A stretch of 63,658 nt of DNA, filler included. It is 13 parts of 13 records of this genome, joined end to end, with 100 filler letters (N's around TTAATTAATTAA, not from the genome) between each part and the next. Parts side by side here need not be neighbours in the genome. Positions count along the whole stretch, not along the records: positions 29,277 to 33,192 come from SRR15195285_4570; positions 33,293 to 36,364 come from SRR15195285_4574; positions 36,465 to 41,484 come from SRR15195285_4585; positions 41,585 to 46,136 come from SRR15195285_4587; 9 more parts are not named here. One strand, written 5' to 3'. Shown in pieces: positions 32,601-43,201 of this stretch; position 1 is the first letter of the stretch; every line of letters begins with the position of its first letter. Both the position numbers and the translations under genes were made by a program. The notes beneath the pieces were generated by a model. That model was not told the DNA's origin. It ran no database searches and saw nothing but the letters and a program-made list of their open reading frames with translations.

Positions 32601-32933
32601 CTTGTAGTTGTGAACGCTTTCGACGAGAAGTACTATCCAGTCCACGAGCATGAACTCCCAGTAAACCTGACGCAGAAAGCAACGTGTAAGCGCGGGCGCT
32701 GCGCCTAGAGAGCTCTTTGCCCCAAGGTTTGCTGCTTTGGCTCTTGGCAACCGTGCGCAAGCAGCCGGCTAACAACCGGTACCGGCGCATACACACGGCT
32801 TGGCGGCGGACACGCTGTCTATCGCCGTGCGATGAACTCTGTCTTGCCTAGCACTCCACAACAACCCCCTCCCTCCCCCCCACAACACAACTTGTGGACC
32901 AGAGAGCGCGTGAGTGAGCTCGCCTACCGTCAT
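29638..32933 (-). CDS. Multi-exon multi-pass membrane protein with a C-terminal TIR-like domain
   Basis: About 10 hand-spliced exons give several hydrophobic helices followed by D|FFVSHSWHDD...EP|TFWIDKFCIDQ..IQESLKYLPVFV....LVLVGPTYFQRL|WCIWE...CFKEEDRAHI..K|AFVKKIH. First exon uncertain. Confidence 0.75.
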
Positions 32934-33370
32934 CTCGTGCTCTCAGCTTGCCACAGCGCTCTGCGATTCTGCGGCCGGTCGGCTCCTGCGCGGGCTTTGT
33001 GGAGTGGATTCGCGCTGCTGTCTCCACGCGGTGCAAACGCTCCGTCGCCCAGCAGTTGGGGCTTCCCGCAATTCCGCAGGCGCACGCGTGCTCTGCAGCG
33101 CAACTTCACGTCTACCTACTAAATAGATCTCTAGAGAGACTCTCTCAGAGGACCTATATGCTATGCGATTTTCGATTGCTGTGGCCGGAAAANNNNNNNN
33201 NNNNNNNNNNNNNNNNNNNNNNNNNNNNNNNNNNNNTTAATTAATTAANNNNNNNNNNNNNNNNNNNNNNNNNNNNNNNNNNNNNNNNNNNNGGGGGGGG
33301 GGGGCACGCTCGTGCTCAACCGGCCGCGAGACGCTCTCAGCTTGACGAACAGACTACAGGGCGCCCAGAG

Positions 33371-36364
33371 ATGGCGATCGTCCCGGAGCCGCTCGTGCAG
33401 CTCATTCTCTTCGTGAGTAGGCCCTCCGGATTCTTGAGAGCTAGCTAGCGCCTGCCCGCCGGCACCACTCGCTAGGAGGCCCTAACGACTCTCGCCGTGC
33501 GACCGAGTGCCGTCGCGCTGGGGCGTAGCGGGCTCGCGCGCTCTGCTCTCGCGTTCTCGGCCGCGCCGCTCGCTCCCCCGTGGCGTGCCGCTCACTCCGC
33601 GCCGTCGCGCAGGCATGCTTCGGCGTCTACCTCTTCATGGGCCTGATGCTCATGATTATGGGCGGGTTGTACTGGAGTGACGCTGGCGCGGTCGGCGCCA
33701 CAGCCGTGTACCTGCTGCTGATCGGCTTCCTGATGTTGGTCGTTGGCGGCATCTCGATCTTCGCCAACCTCAAGAAGATCTGGCTCATCCTCTTCATCAT
33801 CGAACTGTTCAACGTCGCGCTCTTCCTGTTCCTGTACGTCGTCATCGTGATCGTGCTCATGATGGCATCGGGCAGCAGCGACCCGGTGACCAAGTCCACG
33901 AAGGCCTCCTGGGACACGCTCTTGCCGGAGCTCACGTTCGCCGGCTCGGATGGATCGGGCGGTATCTACTGCCAGACCGCGACGGGCGGCACCGCGTGCG
34001 ACACGTTCTTCGATGCCACCGCTGGGCCGGCCAACCCCAACGACGCAGACTGCGACATCGTCACGTCGGACCTCGGAGACATCCTCGCGAACTGCTCTTC
34101 GATTCAGCTCAACCCATGCGGTGACACATCCGACTGCCCGGCCGATTTCCAGGACACAGACCTGGCGACGAACTGCAACGCGTACTACGGGGTGTGCGAC
34201 TCGTGCCAAAAGGCCTGCATGCAGGCCTCGATCGACAAGGTCAAGGACCAGATGCTGCCGGCATCGTACTTCACCTTCTTCCTGTGCTTCTACCTGTTCA
34301 TCGTCGTGTGCTTCAACCAGATCGCCCTGAGTGCGGACGAACTGGAAGGCGTCGTGAAGATTGCCGGGCTGGTTCTGAACGGGCTGGTGGTGCTCTTCTC
34401 CTTCGTTGCGTTCATCATCGCCATCATCGGTATGGTTGACGCGAACGAGGCGTGCCCGGAGGGCAAGGACTGCGTGCCGACCTCGATGCTCGCCCTGATC
34501 TTCCTGGGCTTCTGCCTGCTCGTGCTCGGCGGCCTCGCCACCGGCGGTATCTACATCAACAACAACATGCTGATCCGCATTGCGACCCTCGTCATGATCT
34601 TTGCCTCGATCGCGCTGCTCCTGGCCGCGCTGCTGATGGGCATCTCATCCGGCGCGGTGCTGGACGACATGGGCTACTACTACGACACCAACTACCCGAA
34701 GCTGCGCTCGGCTCTGGAGAAGGGCGACAACTCGTACTGCCAGCTCACGAAGGAGGACTGCGAGACGCTGACCTACGACTCCGCCGGCACCGCAGGAGTC
34801 TACCCGCAGGCCTGCGATGACGACGGCGCGAACTGCGAGGACATCGTCATCGACAACGAGTCCCCGTACTGGGATCCCGCAGACGGGGGGGCCTACCAGA
34901 TGACGGCCGAGGCGATCTGGAAAGACCAGTACGCCATTCTCGCCGGCATGGCGAAGGACAGCACCGAGGCGTGGCTGGAGCCGTGCCAGACTACGGGCGT
35001 CTGCATCTACTGCGACGATTTCTTCGCGGCAGTGGAGACGGGCGCGGCGGGCTACGTCACCAACGCCCCGCCGGCGGCCAGCGATTGCTACCAGGTGGAG
35101 GTACTCCCCAAGATGAACAGCGGAATGTCCAGGGCAGATGCCGAGGCTCAGCTCACCGCGGCTCAGCTCGCAGTGTGCAGCGGAACTGCCGACGCTGCTG
35201 CATGCCAGGCTGAGGCCACCTGCGCCTGGATCTCTAGTGCAGGCAACTGCTTCGAGACTGCCACACCCTCCGTGGAGGCTGACGCGACCGCTTGCAGCGC
35301 AGTCTACAGCGACGCGGACCTCGCTGATGCTACTGCTTGCGAGGCCGTCATGACCGCGGCAGACAACACAGTCAGCGCGTGCACGTACCTGGCCCGCGAG
35401 GACGCCAACTACAAGCGGGCTCCGAACCTTAGCTTCTTGGAGGCGCTTGCTGGCAATCAGGAAGCGTTGCTGACCAAAACGGCGGCGGACGCCGCCGCGA
35501 CCCCGCCTACGAAGCTCGTCCTCAAGAACTACGAAGCTGCTTTCGCGACCGTAGCCACTGTCGACGGCCCCGAGAATAGCTGCGGGCCGGCGACTGAGAC
35601 CGACTGCGCCGCCGTGACCATGACCCAGGACGACGCCGCCGACCAGGCCGCCTGCGAAGCCGTGTCGACAGCCGCTGGCGCCCCCTGCGAATTCACCCAG
35701 GGGCCGATGTCGGTAGCCGAGTGGTCTGGGATCATCAGCAACTTCACTACCTTTAACAACCAGGCGAAGTTCGCAATGCCCAAGTGTGAGTCGGCAGTAC
35801 AGGACTACAGCAAGGACGAGACCGCGTGCCCAGAGACTCCTGCCGCTGCTGACGAGTACGGGGCTGACTGCGCCGCCTGCAACAGCGTCCTCACGCCGTT
35901 CGTGTTCAACGCGGATATGAGCATGGCAGACGGTGCCCAGCAGAAGTGCCTGAACTTCTTCGTGGGCCACATGAAGAACGAATGTGGCAGCGGCACCACG
36001 AAGTGCATAGATGAGGTCCGGCCGAGTGTCACCGGTCGTTGCGAGGGCGATGATTCCGCCACCACCGAGGCCGCTTGTGGCGCGGCTAACACCTGGACAG
36101 CGGTGCCAACTTTGGCTGTCCGCCAAGCTAACATCGGCCCGATCATCACGAAGGCGCTTGCCGGTGAAAACGGCTGGTGTGGCTACACCGACAAAGGATG
36201 CAAGATCAAGATTCAGAACACCATCGAAAACTCGATGAACACGATCGGCGTTCTTGGTGCGGTGTTCCTGCTGTTCTTCATGGGCATCATCTTCTTCACC
36301 GAGCAGGGCATCGTGATCTACAAGGGTGGGGGCGATGACGACGATGACGACGATGACGACGATG
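33371..36364 (+). CDS. 8-TM membrane protein built from two tetraspanin-like units with Cys-rich large loops; 3'-truncated at poly-Asp
   Basis: Exon 1 33371-33412 (MAIVPEPLVQLILF), GTGAGT..CAG intron 33413-33612. Pattern 3TM-Cys loop-TM occurs twice. Strong C/G-ending codon bias. Confidence 0.75.
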
Positions 36365-36492
36365 NNNNNNNNNNNNNNNNNNNNNNNNNNNNNNNNNNNN
36401 NNNNNNNNTTAATTAATTAANNNNNNNNNNNNNNNNNNNNNNNNNNNNNNNNNNNNNNNNNNNNGACACTTTATTAATACAACGCCGTCCCA

Positions 36493-36520
36493 CCCAAGAC
36501 ATACCTGGGTATGTCTTGGG
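36493..36520. repeat. Perfect 13-bp inverted repeat CCCAAGACATACC-TG-GGTATGTCTTGGG
   Basis: Read directly; 50 nt downstream of the stop at 36571. Confidence 0.92.
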
Positions 36521-36570
36521 GCTGTCAATGAGCGTCTTTTTATTGGCCCAAACGCTTAGAGTTTATGAGA

Positions 36571-39500
36571 CTACGAAATTATGCAACATGGGAGCTCACC
36601 GTTACCGATCTTTTGCTGGTGCTCCATCCTGCATCGCGCCCGGAGCTTGTTTCGCACCTTGCAGATTTCTTTGCTCTCACGCGGCTCCAAATTGGAGTTC
36701 GTCAGCGCCTCGTAGTCATCCTCGTCCAATCCGTAGTCATAAAGCAGGTCCGCTTTGACATCGTCGAGCTGCTCGCGTTTCTTAGCTGGGTACTTTTCGT
36801 CAAGTGTATTCAACTCGTGTGTCAATGCAGCGCAATCGCGACCGAATTGATTCAGTTTCGCCAGCTCAGCCAATCGAGCCTTGCAATTGAGCCCTGCAAT
36901 CATCTCATCAATCTGTTGCTTTTCACGCTGAGCGCGTCCAATGTCTCGGAGCATCTCAACAAATCCAGCGGGGATTTCTTCTCCATCCCACTTGCCGAAC
37001 CAGCCTGCAAATCCACGGTCATGTTTTGATGGCCTGCGCAGTGACCACGACTTTAAACTCTCGATCCACTGGATCTTGTACCTGCCTCGATGGCCGTCCA
37101 TACTCGAGTAGGTGTCGCCGCGGACCTCAAAGCGACACTCTGGCCTTACTGTAAGGCGCGCGAAACCCTTCACAACAATGTCATGCGGGTGTTTGGCCAG
37201 GATATTTGCGAGGATCAGCTCGATTACCGCGTTGCTATCGGCGGCCTTATGTAGCAGACCAGCGTCCACGCTCTCTTTCGTTGCCCGCTGTTTTAGATCG
37301 ACCAGACTGAGCTTCTCGAGCTCCGCCCGTTTGTGGCGAATTTGTTCTGGAGTGCGCTCACTTGCTGGACTCCGTCGGAACGTTGGCACCCCTTCTGGGC
37401 TTCCGTGTACTGACGGCTCCCATCCTTCCGTAGGTGGTTCATCAGTTCTCTCAGGACATGCAGCTGCATAGAAGCGTTCGCCACATGCTTTGTCCACAAC
37501 CGCCACAATTGAATCGTGCAAGGTTGCAACGTTTCTCAACTGTTTCTGGAAGTTGATCTTCTCCTCAATCTGCTGTTTCATGAGGGTGTTGTCATGCGTG
37601 TCCTCCCAGTCTAGCATGAACTGGTACTCGTCCTGGCCGTATTGATTGTTCATGGCCCGGATCTCGTCCTCAGTCATACGGTAGTCTTCCTGAAGATCAC
37701 GGATCGACGCTGCAAATCGCTCTTCCCACCGTCGTCTCGAATCGTCAGAAACGCCAGTGGCTGAATATAATTGATGAAGTTCTTTAAACTGTGGTAGGAC
37801 CTTTTTCTGGCGTTGCAGCTCGGCTTCCAGATTCCGAATCTTGTTCGCAAGGCCAGAGAAGGTTTCCGAGTTGAGCAATGACCGTTTTAGGCGTCTTGAA
37901 TTTGTGTGGTGAGCATTCTTGAGCAAATTGTCAACTGCTCCCTCCAGTCTCCCGAGGTCGTGTTTCGCCTCCATAAACCTGTGCGTTTTGTGCCCGTAAA
38001 CCTTGCCATCGTTTTTCTTGACCTCGTCCAGTCGCTCTTTGGCATCCACAAGAAAATTGATCAGTTGGAGAAATCTGGATGACTCCGATCCTTTGACCCC
38101 ATATAGTTTAGGGATTTGGGGATTGCTGTCGTTGTCTACGACCCCGTCGACAGAGTGATCGAAGTTGGGAGTTAAGTCAGTCTCATCGTAGTGGGAACTC
38201 AGATCAGCCTGCTCGTGCGTCTCTCTCTCGGCGATTTCACGCATAGTGTTGGCAATATGATGCGACGCTTCTAAACGATGCGCATCGAGATGCACCTCCC
38301 CATCATCTGCGTGGCTCCCCTTCCGCTGCTTGAATCCTCTATATATAGTGATGAACAAACACAGTGCGCTCTCGAGGTTTTCTTGAAAATCAGAGCTGTA
38401 ACTAGAACTGTGTTGATTCGCTTGCGCCCGCATAGTTTGCGCCATACTGCTACGGTGGCGTAGTAACACCGGATTTGTCGGATCGCTTTTATCGTATTTC
38501 TCCTGCAATTTTTGGTGAACGTGTCCTTCCTCCAATATCGCCTGCTTGAAAAGGTGAACCTGTCCTTCTACTTTCGCAGCCGTATTCGATAGCACACGAG
38601 CCAAGCACTGTCTGACGTGGCACCAAATATGTTGAAACTCCTCAGCAGCTGTGTTGTGCACAGCTGTGTGTCCAGCATACATATCCCTTTGCAATTCAGT
38701 AGCTTGGGCTTCCGACCGTGCATCTTCGGAATCCTCCATGTTCGCTGCTTCTGCTTCAGGGGCCGGGGCAGACCTGGAGCTCTCCCCGCCGGCACCTGCT
38801 GCTGCAGCTTCAGCAGTACGGCGCGCTGGCTCTGCCGCACGTACTATGTCTTCGTCGGGACTGCTGTTGTCCAGCTGTTGTCCTGCGCGAGGCGCCGCAA
38901 ACTGTTCCTCCACACTACAACGTTGCACATTCGCTTCTTGCAACTTGTCGAGTCGATCCTTTAAATCCTCCAACTGTGAGATTAGATTTTCAAGCGCAGG
39001 GTAGGCACTCGAATGGATCCGAGGCGTGGCCGATCGGTTTCGATTTGCCAACTTGCGCTTGCTCTCTCTCTCTAGATTCGCCATCTCAAGCTTGAACTCC
39101 ATCTCAATTAGGTCGGCCTGCGGTGTCACTGTACTGATATGGTCTTCGCCAACATCATCAATCATCGCATCGACCACCTCCTTCTGCAGCTTCCAAGCCT
39201 CGTTGATTGTCCAGTCTTGATCGAGCCCGACCAGCAGGTGTGCAACAGTGAGACCAATATGCCGGGCTTGATTCGATGCTAGCTTGCCCTTTATATTCTC
39301 ATGATCTCGCTCGTGCCGCACAGTTTCCATGGCAATCTCCACAAGCCTCTCGCGCATCTTTTCCACGGCCTGCTCATTCAGGAAGTTCAGCCCGCCTGCT
39401 ACCGAACGCGCCGCAGTCTTGATCATTTTTAAGTCTTCCGGCCTGCCTTGTGCGTGCTCCATATCAATGCTTTCAAAGGCATGCACCAACGCATCAGACG

Positions 39501-40971
39501 TGTGCATCTGTCCGCTCGTATGTATCTTGTCATCAAGCAGCCGTTTCCGAAACTCTATTCGGTCCGTCTCACCCATGCAAACGTCAAACTGCACACCGAC
39601 ATCAACCGTGCAAAGCAGCTCCCACAGGCACCAGCCACGGGTGAGCGTAGTAGGTCTGTCCCATGGTGACAACATCATGCACGTGAGGCCGATGAAGCTG
39701 ATCGCATCCCTGAAGGAGCCTGACCAGAACTCTGCTGGCAGTGGCGCTTCCTGCGCGTGCTCGTTCATGCTGAAACAGTCATACCAGAAGTACAACTCCA
39801 ATGGCTTTTTCGTGGTGGGGTCAATGGGCTGCCGATCCTGAAATGCCTGCATTGCCTCGACTACTCTCCGAAATGGATACTGCCAAGCGTGAGAGAAGAA
39901 CACGTTCGGGGTGGCGATGAAAGGCACCTCAATCACGTGGACACACTTGCTCGGGAAGATCCCTTCAGTGCCGTTGATAGTGCCCGTATACCAGCCGGCG
40001 CCCGGCACGCTCTCTGAGACGAGCTCGAACTCCTGACCCGCCGTGAAATGCAGGTGATCGGCCGTCGCACCGGTGGCTTCATCCCATGTGCACAGCGCCC
40101 TCACGCACCGCACTGCTGCATCCTTCACCATTTCGGTTTCCTTCAATTTCTCAAGCAGGGACCGGGTCCCTAACTTGCCTTTTCTACCCCATTCACCTGC
40201 TGGCGCAGTGTCCTTCTCATCATCGGTTTCTGAGTTGACGTACGTGTGCTTGTAATGTCGCTTCTCCCCTTTTGGTAGCGTTGCCTTGAATGTCCACCCC
40301 TTACAAACGGTTAGTGGTAAGACAATCTCGCGGTTCACGTCCGCGGTCGTCATGTCTTCATCGATTTCAGGGATCGTGACGCCATCAAAAGTGCCTCCTT
40401 TGCCGTACGTGTCTAAAAACCACTTCATACCGGCGGCGCTGATGCCGTGAGCGCAGTACTCTTCTGCGGTGGGCCATCCATTCACAGCCGCTCTGGAAGC
40501 GGCTACAACCTTATCGCAGTGCCGACGCCATGCCGTTTCGTAGCTCTCAGAAGTGTCACTGGTCAAGCACTCAGCATCAAATGCTTCGCAGTGTAGAGCA
40601 CGTGGTAGCCCTGTGGCATCGGGCAGCTCAAGGGTTGTGCCTTCGTTCCTCGCATTTTCCATGATCTTTTCTACAGCAGACAATGTTGTGAAGGTGACAA
40701 AAGCCCAATTGGCTTTGTTCGTGTGCCCACCATTGCGGAACGAATCGCCCGCTTGGTGAAACGATCTGAAGCTCCCCGCCCCCTCCTCCTCATCGTGCAC
40801 CAGGTTGTGCCCGAAGGTGCCAGTCAGTACTTCGCCGAACTGCTTGAACACCTTGACCAGAACCGAATGTCCTTTGTGGTTGGGTGGGATGCCTGACACC
40901 CAGAGTGTCCTCTGCTGCTGTTCGTCATCGAGGGCGGGGGCTTTCGACTGTGCATCTTCGGAACCCTCCAT
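36571..40971 (-). CDS. Intronless 1466-aa protein: RRM + SH3 + TIR-like domain + degenerate TPR-like/coiled-coil region
   Basis: RRM: TLWVSGIP..VFKQFGEV..WAFVTF. SH3: VRALCTWD..HLHFTAGQEF..GWYTG..EGIFPSKCV. TIR-like: VFFSHAWQY..FWYDCFSMNEH..LSPWDRP..LTRGWCLWE. Confidence 0.85.
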   Translation of the reverse strand: MEGSEDAQSKAPALDDEQQQRTLWVSGIPPNHKGHSVLVKVFKQFGEVLTGTFGHNLVHDEEEGAGSFRSFHQAGDSFRNGGHTNKANWAFVTFTTLSAVEKIMENARNEGTTLELPDATGLPRALHCEAFDAECLTSDTSESYETAWRRHCDKVVAASRAAVNGWPTAEEYCAHGISAAGMKWFLDTYGKGGTFDGVTIPEIDEDMTTADVNREIVLPLTVCKGWTFKATLPKGEKRHYKHTYVNSETDDEKDTAPAGEWGRKGKLGTRSLLEKLKETEMVKDAAVRCVRALCTWDEATGATADHLHFTAGQEFELVSESVPGAGWYTGTINGTEGIFPSKCVHVIEVPFIATPNVFFSHAWQYPFRRVVEAMQAFQDRQPIDPTTKKPLELYFWYDCFSMNEHAQEAPLPAEFWSGSFRDAISFIGLTCMMLSPWDRPTTLTRGWCLWELLCTVDVGVQFDVCMGETDRIEFRKRLLDDKIHTSGQMHTSDALVHAFESIDMEHAQGRPEDLKMIKTAARSVAGGLNFLNEQAVEKMRERLVEIAMETVRHERDHENIKGKLASNQARHIGLTVAHLLVGLDQDWTINEAWKLQKEVVDAMIDDVGEDHISTVTPQADLIEMEFKLEMANLERESKRKLANRNRSATPRIHSSAYPALENLISQLEDLKDRLDKLQEANVQRCSVEEQFAAPRAGQQLDNSSPDEDIVRAAEPARRTAEAAAAGAGGESSRSAPAPEAEAANMEDSEDARSEAQATELQRDMYAGHTAVHNTAAEEFQHIWCHVRQCLARVLSNTAAKVEGQVHLFKQAILEEGHVHQKLQEKYDKSDPTNPVLLRHRSSMAQTMRAQANQHSSSYSSDFQENLESALCLFITIYRGFKQRKGSHADDGEVHLDAHRLEASHHIANTMREIAERETHEQADLSSHYDETDLTPNFDHSVDGVVDNDSNPQIPKLYGVKGSESSRFLQLINFLVDAKERLDEVKKNDGKVYGHKTHRFMEAKHDLGRLEGAVDNLLKNAHHTNSRRLKRSLLNSETFSGLANKIRNLEAELQRQKKVLPQFKELHQLYSATGVSDDSRRRWEERFAASIRDLQEDYRMTEDEIRAMNNQYGQDEYQFMLDWEDTHDNTLMKQQIEEKINFQKQLRNVATLHDSIVAVVDKACGERFYAAACPERTDEPPTEGWEPSVHGSPEGVPTFRRSPASERTPEQIRHKRAELEKLSLVDLKQRATKESVDAGLLHKAADSNAVIELILANILAKHPHDIVVKGFARLTVRPECRFEVRGDTYSSMDGHRGRYKIQWIESLKSWSLRRPSKHDRGFAGWFGKWDGEEIPAGFVEMLRDIGRAQREKQQIDEMIAGLNCKARLAELAKLNQFGRDCAALTHELNTLDEKYPAKKREQLDDVKADLLYDYGLDEDDYEALTNSNLEPRESKEICKVRNKLRARCRMEHQQKIGNGELPCCIIS

Positions 40972-41584
40972 GTCCGCTGCTTCTGGTTCAGGGGCTAGAA
41001 TAGTAGCTAGCCCCGGTCGCGTCCTCTAGCGCAGCTTCGGCAGCCGGCTGCGCTGGCTCCGCCCCACGCATGCTGTTGTCCCGCTTCTTGCATTACCGCC
41101 GGTTCCTCCACGGGCAAACCTGGCACATTCGCGGATGAGGATGCCGCCCCAGGGCTCATCGCAAGCGGGTCGTCCGCCCCACACAGCTCTCCTTGGTGGT
41201 CATCCCGATCATGGTCGCCACGCTTTTCAGATGTCACCAGCCCGGAGCCCAATAAACTCGTAGTCCTTGGACCAAAAACATTAAGAGTTATACTTAAATA
41301 TGCTGATAATTACTACGAAACTTGTCACATTGATCAACAAGAAATAGAAAACGCCACCGTCGGGACTCGGGAGCGTTGTGGTTGTCCCCGGCCGGTTCCA
41401 CAACTTTTCAGAGGCTGGGTTGGGTTCGTTGGGAGTATGAAAAACTAACTGAGAAACTGCAGTGCACCCCTCTGACCACCTCGANNNNNNNNNNNNNNNN
41501 NNNNNNNNNNNNNNNNNNNNNNNNNNNNTTAATTAATTAANNNNNNNNNNNNNNNNNNNNNNNNNNNNNNNNNNNNNNNNNNNN

Positions 41585-42869
41585 GTTGACTAAGGTGATG
41601 AGTCGAATGATGAATGTTCGACTAGGCTATTCATGGCGATCGTGGCGTGGTTTCATCGAGGTCATGCGCTCTATACGTGCGGATGCACATCGGCTAAAGG
41701 TCATGGGAACTATGGCACGGCGTTTGGGTCGACGTGCAGCATTTATTTTGTTCACCAGCTGGAAGGTTTATGCCCAGAAGTGTCTGCGCAGCAATGCTGT
41801 CATGTTGCGGTGTGTGCAGAACTTGCAATTTCGCCAGACATCTGTCGCGTTTCGCACATGGCAGTGCATGGCACAAAGCTCGCTTCATGCAGCGCACGCA
41901 GCCGCTGCCCGGGCCGCGCTGCTAGAACACGCCCGTGACAAAACAGTATCACGCATTGCGCGACACTGGAAACATTCTCAACTGCATGCGGTGTTTTCTG
42001 GGTGGCAATCGCATGTTAGCTGGGCAGTATTGTCTCGCAACCAGCTGCGGCACTGTCTTGGCCAATGGACGAAGCGCCAATTGGTCCATGTGATGGTCGC
42101 ATGGGCGGCGTATTCACGGAATGCTGTGAGAGCGCGTATGCTCGAAGACCATCGGCGTGTCAACGCGCAGCTGCGCGAGCAGCTTGAGCGATGCGCTGGG
42201 GCGATGCACAGTTTGCTACAGTCTGCGTCAGCTACCGGACGGACTTTGCCCGAGATGTCTGCTGCGGTGACCGATGCAGAGCGCGTGGCTGCGAGGAACA
42301 GCCCTGGTCTCGCCCGACAATTTGACGACTGCACTTTCATCAGGACAGAGTTCCGTCCTCTGAAGCCCAGTGCAACGACACCTATGGACTTACCGGTCAC
42401 GCCGGTAAAAAGTCCCCCCAAAGAACTTTCGGGGATGCAATCGCTGGATCCCTTGGCGCGAGAGATGAAGCGTGCCGGTGCAAACACTTTGGCCAACCAG
42501 ACCCTTGGTGGGCGAAGCTCAAACCCACTTAAGCACCTGACACCATCGCGGAGCGTTCGACGTGCAGCTGCTCCTGTGACTCCGTCTACCGTCGCGACAG
42601 TCGTTGGCGCTGCTCATGGCTCGGACGGTGATGCGAGCCAGCACGTGCTCAAAGAGACGTCTTTGCTGGAAAATAGATTGCACGAGACTACACCTGAGGC
42701 AACGGCTGCCAAGATTCAACAGATCAAGAAGCACGAAGCCCTGCATTCGCGGTTGATGAAATCCGGGTACTATTCCGCCGCAGCCAAAGTGCGGCCGCTG
42801 TACAGCAGCGCCACACCAACAGCGTCTGCGACGCCTGGCACTGCTTACGCCGATCTTCATCTACGATAA
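41585..42869 (+). CDS. 5'-truncated Sfi1-like (centrin-binding repeat) protein
   Basis: Trp-containing repeats about every 30 aa: YSWRSW, ILFTSWK, VAFRTWQ, AVFSGWQ, VMVAWA. Confidence 0.6.
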
Positions 42870-43201
42870 GAGGCGAAAACACAGGACGGATGCTGGATGG
42901 TACACAACATCATCTGAAGCCTAGTGTGCCTGTACGGTTCGCCTCTGAGGATGCGAGTATCGTCGCTGTCGCAGCAGCGCGAGAGCATGCCCAGCTGTTT
43001 CCTGTAGTAAGAACGAGCAGATTGAAGCTGTGATCGTGATTTAAAGTACCTGGCATGTATGATCGCTGGTATCGACAATTTGTATACAGGTATCGTTTGC
43101 TTTGTTTGAAACGCACACAAGAACCCGCGCCGCTTACAATCCTACACACATGATTGTGGTGTAGACAGTGGCCCAGTTCTGCCGGATCTGAATCCGCTAC
43201 A

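Noticed and set aside
34645-36126. Long antisense ORFs (for example 34645-36126, 33592-34209, 53945-54718, 20298-21227)
   Set aside because: These are shadows of GC3-biased sense genes, with no motifs of their own.
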